Of a DNA stretch of 64,000 bases, positions 25,700-36,900 are shown in pieces. Numbering within the stretch: position 1 is the stretch's first letter; the number at the start of each line of letters is the position of its first letter. Source of the DNA: Heterodontus francisci. Lineage: Eukaryota. Both the position numbers and the translations under genes were made by a program. The notes beneath the pieces are model-generated. The model did not search any database. It was not told the origin of the DNA and was given only the letters and a program-made list of their open reading frames with translations. The stretch is from the NCBI RefSeq assembly GCF_036365525.1, contig NC_090393.1:26940190-27004189 (forward strand), given 5' to 3'.

Positions 25700-28040
25700 A
25701 AATTACTCCCACTAGCATTTTCTGATCCTTGTTATTCCTAATCTCCATCTATGCTGATTCTACTTCCTGATGTTCTGAGGCAAGATCCTTTCTGAGTACT
25801 GTCCTTATGTCATCCTTTATTATCAGAGATACTCCCCCTCCTTTTCCATTCTGTCTGTCTTTTATAAATGCTAAGTACCCTGGAATATTTATTTCCCAAC
25901 TTGCAACCATGTCTCTGTAATGGCAATTAGATCAGACCCATTTATCTTAATTTGTGCCACTCGTTCATCCATCTGGTTACAAATGCTTTGCGCATTCTGA
26001 TAAAGATCCTTTAATTTTATTTTTTACCACTATTGCATGGACCTTATTTGCTGATGCACTATTATTATTAAACTCTCTGTCCCTTCCTGTCCCACTCAGC
26101 TTGAGTTTACTCAAATCGCTACACCGCTCCATCGCCTGACCTTTCTCTTTAGATTTCTAAATTTCCCTTCACCTGACCCATCAACACCCCCTCCCCTCCA
26201 CTTTTAGCTTAAAGCCCTATCCACAGCCCTAGTTATATGATTCGCCAGGACACTGGTCCCAGCCCAGCTTAAATTCAGCCCATCACAATGGAACAGCTCC
26301 CTCTTGAACACGTACTCACATCATCACCCTCTATAAAAACAAAGGTGACCGCGGTGACTGCAACAACTACCGTGGAATCTCCCTGCTCAGCATAGTGGGG
26401 AAAGTCTTTGCTCGAGTCGCTCTGAACAGGCTCCAGAAGCTGGCCGAGCGCGTCTACCCTGAGGCACAGTGTGGCTTTCGTGCAGAGAGATCGACTATTG
26501 ACATGCTGTTCTCCCTTCGTCAGATACAGGAGAAATGCCGTGAACAGCAGATGCCCCTCTACATTGCTTTCATTGATCTCACCAAAGCCTTTGACCTCGT
26601 CAGCAGACGTGGTCTCTTCAGACTACTAGAAAAGATCGGATGTCCACCAAAGCTACTAAGTATCATCACCTCATTCCATGACAATATGAAAGGCACAATT
26701 CAACATGGTGGCTCCTCATCAGAGCCCTTTCCTATCCTGAGTGGTGTGAAACAGGGCTGTGTTCTCGCACCCACACTTTTTGGGATTTTCTTCTCCCTGC
26801 TGCTTTCACATGCGTTCAAATCCTCTGAAGAAGGAATTTTCCTCCACACAAGATCAGGGGGCAGGTTGTTCAACCTTGCCCGTCTAAGAGCGAAGTCCAA
26901 AGTACGGAAAGTCCTCATCAGAGAACTCCTCTTTGCTGACGATGCTGCTTTAACATCTCACACTGAAGAATGCCTGCAGAGTCTCATCGACAGGTTTGCG
27001 TCTGCCTGCAATGAATTTGGCCTAACCATCAGCCTCAAGAAAACAAACATCATGGGGCAGGATGTCAGAAATGCTCCATCCATCAATATTGGCGACCACG
27101 CTCTGGAAGTGGTTCAAGAGTTCACCTACCTAGGCTCAACTATCACCAGTAACCTGTCTCTAGATGCAGAAATCAACAAGCGCATGGGTAAGGCTTCCAC
27201 TGCTATGTTCAGACTGGCCAAGAGAGTGTGGGAAAATGGCGCACTGACACGGAACACAAAAGTCCGAGTGTATCAGGCCTGTGTCCTCAGTACCTTGCTC
27301 TACGGCAGCGAGGCCTGGACAACGTATGCCAGCCAAGAGCGACGTCTCAATTCATTCCATCTTCGCTGCCTTCGGAGAATACTTGGCATCAGGTGGCAGG
27401 ACTATATCTCCAACACAGAAGTCCTTGAAGCGGCCAACATCCCCAGCTTATACACACTACTGAGTCAGCGGCGCTTGAGATGGCTTGGCCATGTGAGCCG
27501 CATGGAAGATGGCAGGATCCCCAAAGACACATTGTACAGCGAGCTCGCCACTGGTATCAGACCCACCGGCCGTCCATGTCTCCGTTATAAAGACGTCTGC
27601 AAACGCGACATGAAATCGTGTGACATTGATCACAAGTCGTGGGAGTCAGTTGCCAGCATTCGCCAGAGCTGGCGGGCAGCCATAAAGACAGGGCTAAATT
27701 GTGGCGAGTCGAAGAGACTTAGTAGTTGGCAGGAAAAAAGACAGAGGCGCAAGGGGAGAGCCAACTGTGCAACAGCCCCAACAAACAAATTTCTCTGCAG
27801 CACCTGTGGAAGAGCCTGTTACTCCAGAATTGGCCTTTATAGCCACTCCAGGCGCTGCTTCACAAACCACTGACCACCTCCAGGCGCGTATCCATTGTCT
27901 CTCGAGATAAGGAGGCCCAAAAGAGAAGACAATGGAACAGCTCCCTCTTGAACACGTACTGCTGCCAGTGTCCCATGAATCAAAACCCCTTCTTCCCATT
28001 TAATTCTGTAATCTGCTTGACTCTATGCCAACTCGTGTGT
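25700..28040 (-). mobile_element. Old CR1 5' part (ORF1 esterase / endonuclease junction), split by an RTE insertion
   Basis: aligns by eye to 46560-47280 on both sides of the RTE. Confidence 0.75.
26317..27928 (+). mobile_element. Young 5'-truncated RTE-clade LINE (AviRTE-like) with intact RT frame
   Basis: open frame to 27873 with NYRGISLLS, QCGFR, FIDLTKAFD, GVKQGC, LFADD and a C-terminal CxxC..H..C finger; 32-bp TSD at 26285-26316 and 27929-27960. Confidence 0.96.
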
Positions 28041-28734
28041 GGAAAGGCAATCTGCCATCCTCACCCGGTCTGGCCTATTTATGACTCCAGACGCACAACA
28101 ATGTGGTTGATTCTTAACTGCCCTTTGAAATGGCCTAGCAAGCCATACAGTTGTACCAAACCGCTGTGAAAAATTATATGAATAAAAGTAGACAGAGCAC
28201 CTGACATCAACCTAGGCACTGGATTCTGACATGATACAGATCCACCAACCCTGTCAACCCTGCAAAGTCCTCCTCACTAACATCTGGGTACCTGTGCCAA
28301 AATTAGGAGAGCTGTCCCACAGACTAGTGAAGCAACAGCCTGACATAGTCATACTCTCAGAATCATACATTTCAGCCAATGTTGCAGTCTCATGGCATCA
28401 GGTCAAACATAGGGAAGGAAATCTCCTGTTGATTATCACTTACTGCCTTCCCTCAGCTGCTGAATCTGTACTGCTCCATATTGAACATCACTTGGAAGAA
28501 GCATTGAGTGCAGCCAGGGCACAGAACATATTCTGGATGGGGAACTTCAATGTGAATCACCAAAAGTGGCTCAGTAGAGCCACCACTTGTTGAGTCCTAA
28601 AGGACATAGCTGCCAGACTGGGCCTGCAACAGGTGGTGAGAGAAGCAACATGAGGGGGAAACCTACTTGACCTAGTCCTCACCAACCTACCTGTTGCTGA
28701 TGCATCTGTCCATGACAATATTGGTAGGAGCAAC

Positions 28735-29577
28735 CAGGGTCAGTCTGGGTGAACTTGTACTTTGGTACCATTTCTTTGAGTTTACTGATGTAATATTAGC
28801 AAAAAGAAACCATGCTTTTAAATATCTAAACCCTCTTGCCTTCATTAGAAACAAAGTCAATCTGCCAACAGGTTTGCAATCTCTAAGAAAATTTCACCTG
28901 TGACTAACAGAATGATTCTTTACCAACTACTACATAATTAAATGTTTTAAAAAGTACTCCCCTCTATTGAACAAGGCTCAGCAAAAGTCTATGCATTAAG
29001 CACAGAGGTTCTTTTGTATATTTTATGGATCGATTGATTGAGGAATCTGTCTGAACTCGCCTGATGCCCACCACCAGCCTCAGCAACTGCGGGTCTATCT
29101 GGTGACCTTCATGCTGCTCTTAGCGCTCCTCCTTGCATGTTCCCCTACATAAGACAGCCAGCCCTCTGCACTGCACATGTGGTGGCCGCACTCCACTCCC
29201 ACCTTCTGGCTTACATCAAGTCTGCCCCTGGCTGCCACTCATTCGCTTACTCGTTCGATTCCCATGGCAATGCTGATTGTTCCGCCCATGGCTGTCCATC
29301 AAATAAACTGATAGCCTACTCTTGGCACTCCCTATTGAAGGGTTTGGGGGTGGTGAGCGAGGGATGTTCTGTCCAACCTGAATGCAGAGCAATTCACTAC
29401 TCACACTGCTGCTAATGATCTGTGTAAAAAAGAGTAATTACTGAATCAACATTCTTCTTAACCATCATTTGAAGGTTTCCTGCCATGTCATCTTTCGCAC
29501 CACCTCCCACAAACCCCACCACCACCACCATCACCCTGGACTGTTGCCCATTTCACCCATCCATAAGGCCAGCCCGA
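28735..29577. mobile_element. hAT-like non-autonomous DNA transposon
   Basis: decayed TIRs cagggtcagtct / aggccagcccga; degenerate 8-bp TSD (ggagcaac / gggatgac); host LINE resumes on both sides. Confidence 0.5.
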
Positions 29578-30733
29578 GGGATGACTACCACACAGTTCTT
29601 TTGAAGACAAAGTCATGTCTTCACACTGAAGGCACCCTCTTTCAGATTGTTTAGCACTATCACTGTGCTAAATGGGATAGATTCGGGAAAGATCCAGCAG
29701 CTCAAAACTGGACATCCAAGAGGGGCTATGGACTATCAGCAGCAGCATAATTGTATTCAACCACAATCTGTAACTTCACAGCCTGGGATATCCTTCATTC
29801 TACCATTACCATCATGCCAGGGCACAAACACTGATTTAATGAGTGTAGAAGAACATGCCAGGAGCAGCACCAGCATACCTAAGGATGCAGTGCCAACCTG
29901 TTGAAGCTTCAACATAGGACTATATGCCAGCTAAACAGCAGTAGCTACATGTTACAGACATGTTCTAAGGGGTTCCACTCCAACGGATCAAATCAAATTT
30001 CTGCAGTCCTACTCATCCAGTCGTAAATGGTGGTGGACATTTGAACAACTAATGGGAGGAGGAAGCTTCATAAACATCCCCGAACGCAATAATGGTGAAG
30101 TCCAGAACGTTACCACAAAAGACGAGGCTGAAGCGTTTCTAACCATCTTCAGCCAGAAGTGTTGCATGGATGATCCCTCTTGGCCTCCTCTAGTGGTTCC
30201 CATCATCACAGAAGCCAGTCTTCAGCCAATTTGATTCACTCCATGTGATATCAAGAAGTGGCTGAGCACATTGGATACAGCAAAGTATAGGGGCCCCAAT
30301 TACATCTCGGTGTAGTACTGAAGACTTGTGCTCCAGGACAAGCCGCACCCCTAGCCAAGCTGTTCCAGTACAGCTACAACACTGACATATACCCGACAAT
30401 GTGGAAAATTACCCAGGTATGTCCTCTTCACAAAAAGCAGCACAAATCCAGTCCAGCCAATTGCCACCCCATCAGTCTGCTATCAAGTGGCATTTACTCA
30501 CTGCCACTCAGTTTGGATTCTGCCCGGATCACTCGGCTTCTGACCTCATTACAGCCTTGGTTCAACCATGGACAAAAGAGCTGAACTCAAGCAGTGAGGT
30601 GAGAGTGATTGCCCTTGACATCAAGGCAGCATTTGCCCAAGTGTGGCATCAAGGAGACCAGTAAAATTGGAATCAATGGAAATTGGGAAAGGTCTCTCCT
30701 GGCTATAGTCATACCTCACACAAAGGAAGATGG

Positions 30734-31791
30734 AATGAAAACAGAAAATGCTGGAAATACTCAGCAGGTCTGGCAGCATCCGTGGAGAGAGAAACAAAGT
30801 GAACATTTCAGGTCGATGACCTTTCATCAGAACTGGAAAAAATTAGAGATGTAACAGGTTTTAAACAGTACAGAGGCAAAAAAAGGGAAGAGGAGGGTAA
30901 GAACAACAGCTAAAGATCTGTGATAGTGTGGGAAACAGGAGAGATTAAATGGCAAAAGGAGTAATGGTGCAAGGCAAAATTCGATGGTAATGGAACAAGA
31001 AACAACACATGGGTCTAGGAGAGGTGTAAATGGGAATAGCAGAATCATTACCAACAGCTGCTATCTGAAAACGTGGGAGCCAAGGATATCATCTTAATTT
31101 GTTGAACTCAGTGTTGAATCCAGAAGGCTGTAAAGTTCCTAATCAAAAGATGAAGTACAGTTCCTCAAGCTTATGTCGAGTTTCATTGGAACACTGTAGG
31201 AGGTTGAGGACAAACAGGTCAATGTGGGATCGGGATGGAGAATTAAAATAACAGGCAACTGGTAGCTCGAGGGCATGCTTGCGAACTGAATGGAGGTGTT
31301 CCGCAAAGTGGTCACCCATTCTGTGTTTGGTGTCCCCAATAAAGAGAAGACTGCTCCATGAGCAGTGAATGCAGTACACTAAATTGAAAGAGGTACAAGT
31401 AAGTTGTTGTTTCACCTGGATCCCTGGATGGTGGGAAGGGAAGACTTGAAAGGGCAAGTGCTACACCAGTCGCGCTTGCAAGGAAACGTGACGTGGGATA
31501 GGGAAAGGGGTGATGGGGATGATTGAGGAGTGGATCAGGGTGTCACAGAGGGAACAGTCCCTTCGAAATACTAAAAGCTGAGTTCTGGCATCACACTGGA
31601 GGTGGTGGAAGAGGTGGAGAATGATCCATTGAGTTTGCAGGTTGTTGAGATGTAAGGTGAAGACAAGGGGAAAACTACCATGGTTCTGGGAGGGAGTGGA
31701 AAGGGTGAGAGAAGTAGTGGGTAAATGGAATGGACATGGTTCAACTATGGTGGAGGTGAGTGGGTGAGAATCCTCAGTTGTGGAAAAAAAG
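30734..31791 (-). mobile_element. Penelope-like retroelement 3' part (GIY-YIG endonuclease remnant plus pLTR with hammerhead)
   Basis: TCTSFNLVYCIHC...FIGDTKHRMGDHFAEH...PVACYFN at 31143-31457; hammerhead-like motif at 30798-30834; 10-bp TSD aggaagatgg at 30724-30733 and 31792-31801. Confidence 0.9.
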
Positions 31792-33033
31792 AGGAAGATG
31801 GTTGTGGTTGTTGGAGGCCAAGCATCTCAGCCCTAGGATGTCTCTGCAGGAGTTCCTCAGAGCAGTGTCCTAGCCCAACCATTTCCAGCATTTCATCAAT
31901 GGCCTTCCCTCCATCATAAGGTCAAAATGCGGATCTTCACTGATGATTGCACAGTGTTCAGTTCCATTCACAACTCCTTGGATAAGTGTCAGGTAATGCC
32001 CATCTCCAACAAGAGAGAATCTAACCAACTCCCCTTGACATGCAACAGCATTACTATTGCTGAATCCCTCACCATCAACATCCTGGGCTCACCATTGACC
32101 AGAAACTTAACTGGACCAGCCACATAATTACTGTGACTACAAGAGCAGGTCAGAGGCTGGAAATTCTACAGTGAGTAACTCACCTCCTGACTCCCCAAAG
32201 GCTGTTCACCAGCTGCAAGGCACAAATCAGAAGTGTGATGGAATATTCTCCACTTGCCTGAATGAGTACAGCTCCAACAACACTCAAACAGCTCAACATT
32301 ATTCAGGACAAAGCAACCCCCTTGATTGACATGCCATCCACCACCTTAAAAATTCACTTCTTCCACCACTGGTGCACTGTGGCTGCAGTGTGTAGCATCT
32401 ACAAATGACCAAGGCATTTTCCACAGCACCTCTCAAACCTGTAACCTGTACCACCCAAAATGACAAGAGCAGCAGATGCACGAGAACACTACCATCTCCA
32501 AATTGCGCCCCACCACCACCACCACCCCGCCCCGCCCCAAGTCACACACCTGACTTGAAAATATTTCGCTGTTCCTTCATCGTTGCCGGGTCAAAATCCT
32601 GGCACTCCCTACCTAATTCGGAAGTACTTTAATCATGCAAACTGCAATGGTTCAATAAGGCTGCTGACCACTAACTTCTCAAGGGCAATTAGGGATGGCA
32701 ATAAATGTTGGCCTTGCCAGCAATGCCCACATCCCATAAATGAATGAAAAAATATGGTGAGTAACTAGGTCATAAAAGGCCCTGTGTGCAATCTGATTCA
32801 GTGGATGCTCATCGATTTTCTGGGCCATTTCAGATCCTGTCATTATTACAAAAACTCTGCAGTATTAATCTGAATTTGCTTCTATTTGTAGCCTGCATCT
32901 CAAATTGGTGAACACAATCCATCAAACTCATACCATATAATGCCACGTTTGTTGTTTGTATTGCGTGTAATCTTGAGCAATACTGTTTTCACACTGTGAT
33001 TATTAATTCTGTTTTGGAAATATTTGCAAGCTT

Positions 33034-33945
33034 TGTCATGAAAACCACACCTGCCAAAATGAGACATATTAGTTTTAATTTACATTAATTTTAAACTGTT
33101 ACTGGACTGGAAAAATAGCTTTCTTCAAAAGACCACTGAAACGTGACTGCTTGTTTTGCATTCTAAAAGACAGTCAAAAAAAAAGACAATGGGAACTGCT
33201 CACTGATTCAATTAACAGAGATTGGTCTGGGCAACAGTGATCCACATCTTGTCTGTGTAAGAGACAACACTGAGAGCTTTGAAATCCAGTAACCACAGGA
33301 GCGGTTGTTCCAAATAAGGAGTTGGTCACATGATTAACCTGCTGGCCAACTTGGAGTTTTGAAATGTGCTCACAGAACAGTTTGAAGACAGACTGCAATT
33401 TGAAGACAACAAAGAAGGAATGTCTCTCCCTCTCTCTCTCTCTCTCTCTCTCAAAGTTCTAGGGGGATCCACTGAAGCCACTCAAGCCTCAAGAGAGAAG
33501 ACTCCTGCAATGAAACAAGTTTGAAAGTGTGCACTGGGCCCCAACGAGAATTGCAAGCCAACTGCAATCCAAGACTTTACATCAAACCCAAAAGCTAGTA
33601 ACTGAACTCCAACTATTACTTTAACCCTCTCTCCTTCTTTCTCCTCCTCTGTTTCTATTTGCATGTGTGTTTATCGCGTATGCATGCTAGCGTGGTTGCA
33701 TCGCGTATTTCTAATAGTTTTAAGTGAATTTGAGTTTTAAGGTAAATAAACTTACATCTTTCTTGTTTAAATCTAAGAAAACCTGTCTGGTTGATTACTT
33801 TGCCATTACAATTAGAGAACAGTGAACCAGGATTCAATGAGGGGAAGCTTAAAACACGGTGTTTTAAAAGGTAAAGCCTGTTATGGCCAAACCAGGCAAA
33901 GACTGAACGGGAACCCCTAGCCCCCTTTCTCACCTGGTCATACCA
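33034..33945 (+). mobile_element. Solo LTR, diverged relative of the 22627/56374 family
   Basis: tgtcatg ... cacctggtcatacca termini; shared internal blocks. Confidence 0.7.
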
Positions 33946-33954
33946 CATTGTTAT

Positions 33955-36900
33955 CTTCTTTGGCCTCCTTGTCTCAAGAGACAATGGGTAAGCGCCTAGA
34001 GGTGGTCATTTATTTGTGAAGCAGTGGCTGGAGTGATTATAAAGGCTAATTCTAGAGTGACAGACTCTTCCACAGGTGCTGCAGATAAAATTGGTTGTCA
34101 GGGCTGTTGCACAGTTGGCTCTCTCCTTGCGCTTCTGTCTTTTTTCCTGCCAACTGCTAAGTCTCTTCGACTCGCCACTCTTTAGCCCTGCCTTTATGGC
34201 TGTCTGCCAGCTCTGGCGATCACTGGCAACTGACTCTCATGACTTGTGGTCTATGTCACAGGACTTCATGTCGCATTTGCAGACGTCTTTAAAGCGGAGA
34301 CATGGACGGCCGGTGGGCCTGATACCAGTGACGAGCTCGCTGTACAATGCGTCCTAGGGGATACTGCCATTTTTCATGTGGCTGACATGGCCAAGCCATC
34401 TCAAGCACTGCTGGTTCAGTAGGGTGTATATGCTGGGGATGTTAGCCTCCTCAAGGACTTCTGCGTTGGAGATACAGTCCTGCCACCTAATGCCAAGGAT
34501 TCTCCGGAGGCAGCGAAGATGGAATGAGTTGAGACGTCGCTCTTGGCTGACATACGTTGTCCAGACCACGCTGCTGTAGAGCACGGTACTGAGGACATAG
34601 GCTTGATACACTCGGACTTTTGTGTACCATGTCAGTGTGCCATTTTCCCACACACTCTTGGCCAGTCTGGACATAGCAGTGGACGCCTTTCCCATGCGCT
34701 TGTTGATTTCTGCATCGCGAGACAGGTTACTGGTGATAGTTGAGCCTAGGTAGGTGAACTCTTGAACCACTTCCAGAGCGTGGTCACCGATATTGATGGA
34801 TGGAGCATTTCTGATGTCCTGTCCCATGATGTTCGTTTTCTTGAGGCTGATAGTTAGGCCAAATTCATTGCAGACAGCCACAATCCTGTCGATGAGTCTC
34901 TGCAGACACTCTGTGTGGGATGTTTATGCAGCATCGTCAGCAAAGAGGAGTTCCCTGATGAGGACTTTCCGTACTTTGGTCTTCACCCTAAGACGGGCAA
35001 GGTTGAACAACCTGCCATCTGATCTTGTGTGGAGGAAAATTACTTCTTCTGAAGACTTGAACGCATGTGAGAGCAGCAGTGAGAAGAAGATCCCAAACAC
35101 TGTAGGTGTGAGAACACGGCCCTGTTTCATGCCACTCAGGATAGGAAAAGGGTCTGATGAGGCAATTCTGGTCACCACACTACCAGAAGGACGTGGAGGC
35201 TTTGGAGAGGGTACAGAAGAGGTTTACCAGGATGTTGCCTGGTCTGGAGGGCATTAGCTATGAGGAGAGGTTGGATAAACTCGGATTGTTTTCACTGGAA
35301 CGACGGAGGTGGAGGGGCAACATCATAGAGGTTTACAAAGTTATGAGCGGCATGGACAGAGTGGATAGTCAGAAGCTTTTTCCCAGGGTGGAAGAGCCAT
35401 TTACTAGGGGACATAGGTTTAAGGTGAGAGGGGCAAAGTTTAGAGGGGATGTGCGAGGCAAGTTCTTTACACAAAGGGTGGTGAGTGCCTGGAACTTGTT
35501 GCCGGGGGAGGTGGTGGAAGCAGGTACCATAGAGACGTTTAAGAGGCATCTTGACAAATACATGAATAGGATGGGAATAGAGGGATACGGACCCCGGAAG
35601 TGCAGAAGGTTTTAATTTAGGCAGGCATCAAGATCGGCGCAGGCTTGGAGGGCCGAATGGCCTGTTCCTGTGCTGTACTGTTCTTCTTTCTTTGTTCTTT
35701 GAGGCACCACTGTGCTGAATTGTGCCTTTCATATTGTCATGGAATGAGGTGATGATACTTAGTAGCTTTGGTGGACATCCGATCTTTGCTAGTAGTCTGA
35801 AGAGACCACGTCTGCTGACGAGGTCAAAGGCTTTGGTGAGATCAATGAAAGCAACGTAGAGGGGCATCTGTTGTTCATGGCATTTCACTTGTAGCTGGCG
35901 AAGGGAGAACAGCATGTCAATGGTGGATCTCTCTGCTCGAAAGCCACACTGTGCCTCAGGGTAGACATGCTCAGCCAGCTTCTGGAGCCTGTTTAAAACG
36001 ACTCAAGCAAAGACTTTCCCCACTATGCTGAGCAGGGAGATTCCACGGTAGTTGTTGCAGTCACCTCGGTCACCCTTATTCTTATAGAGGGTGATGATAT
36101 TGGCATCGTGCATGTCCTGTGGTACTGCTCCCTCATCCCAGCACAGGCAAAGCAGTTTATGGAGTGCTGAAAGATAGGCTTGGCACTCGTGATTATTTCA
36201 GGGGTAATGCCGTCCTTTTCAGGGGCTTTTCTACTGGCTAGAGAATCAATGGCAACACTGAGTTCCGATTTTGTTTGCTGTTCGTCCAAATCATCTATGA
36301 CTGGCAGAGACTGGGCTGCATTGAGGGCAGTATCAGTGACAACATTTTCCCTGGAGTACAGTTCTAGGTAGTGCTCCACCCAGCGGTCCATTTGCTTGTG
36401 TTGGTCAGTGATCGCGTCACCTGATTTGGACTTGAGGTGGGTGATCTTCTTGATGGTTGGCCCAAAAGCTCTCTTAATGCCATCATACATTCCTCTGATG
36501 TTTCCGGTGTCGGAGACCAGCTGAATACGACTGCATAGGTGTTGCCAATAGTCATTTGCACAGCGCCTGGCTGTTCTTTGTGCAGCACTTCTGGCTACTT
36601 TAAGTGCTACGGATGTTTACTTGCTGGGGGCTTTCTTGTAGTTCAATAGTGCAGTGTGCTTAGCGGCTATGACACGTTCCAGCTCTTCAAAGTGAGATTG
36701 AAACCAGTCTGCATTCTGCTTCTCACGTTTGCCAAAGATGATCATTGCTGAACCATAGATGTTGTCTCTGATGTGGGCCCACTTGGTCTCTGCATCCCCT
36801 GCAGGAGTGTTCTGAAGGGCTTTTTCAGGTGAATTTAGAAACTTATGTAACAGCTGTGGATAAGAAATTCTGTGAGTGTTGATGCGTGGGCGGCCCTTCT

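Larger units (their letters stand above)
28041..32752 (+). mobile_element. Near full-length degraded Zenon/T1-like CR1-group LINE with nested insertions
   Basis: APE fragments (PDIVILSESY, GNFNVNH), RT fragments (ALDIKAAF, FTDD) and 3' tail; interrupted at 28735-29577 and 30734-31791. Confidence 0.82.
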
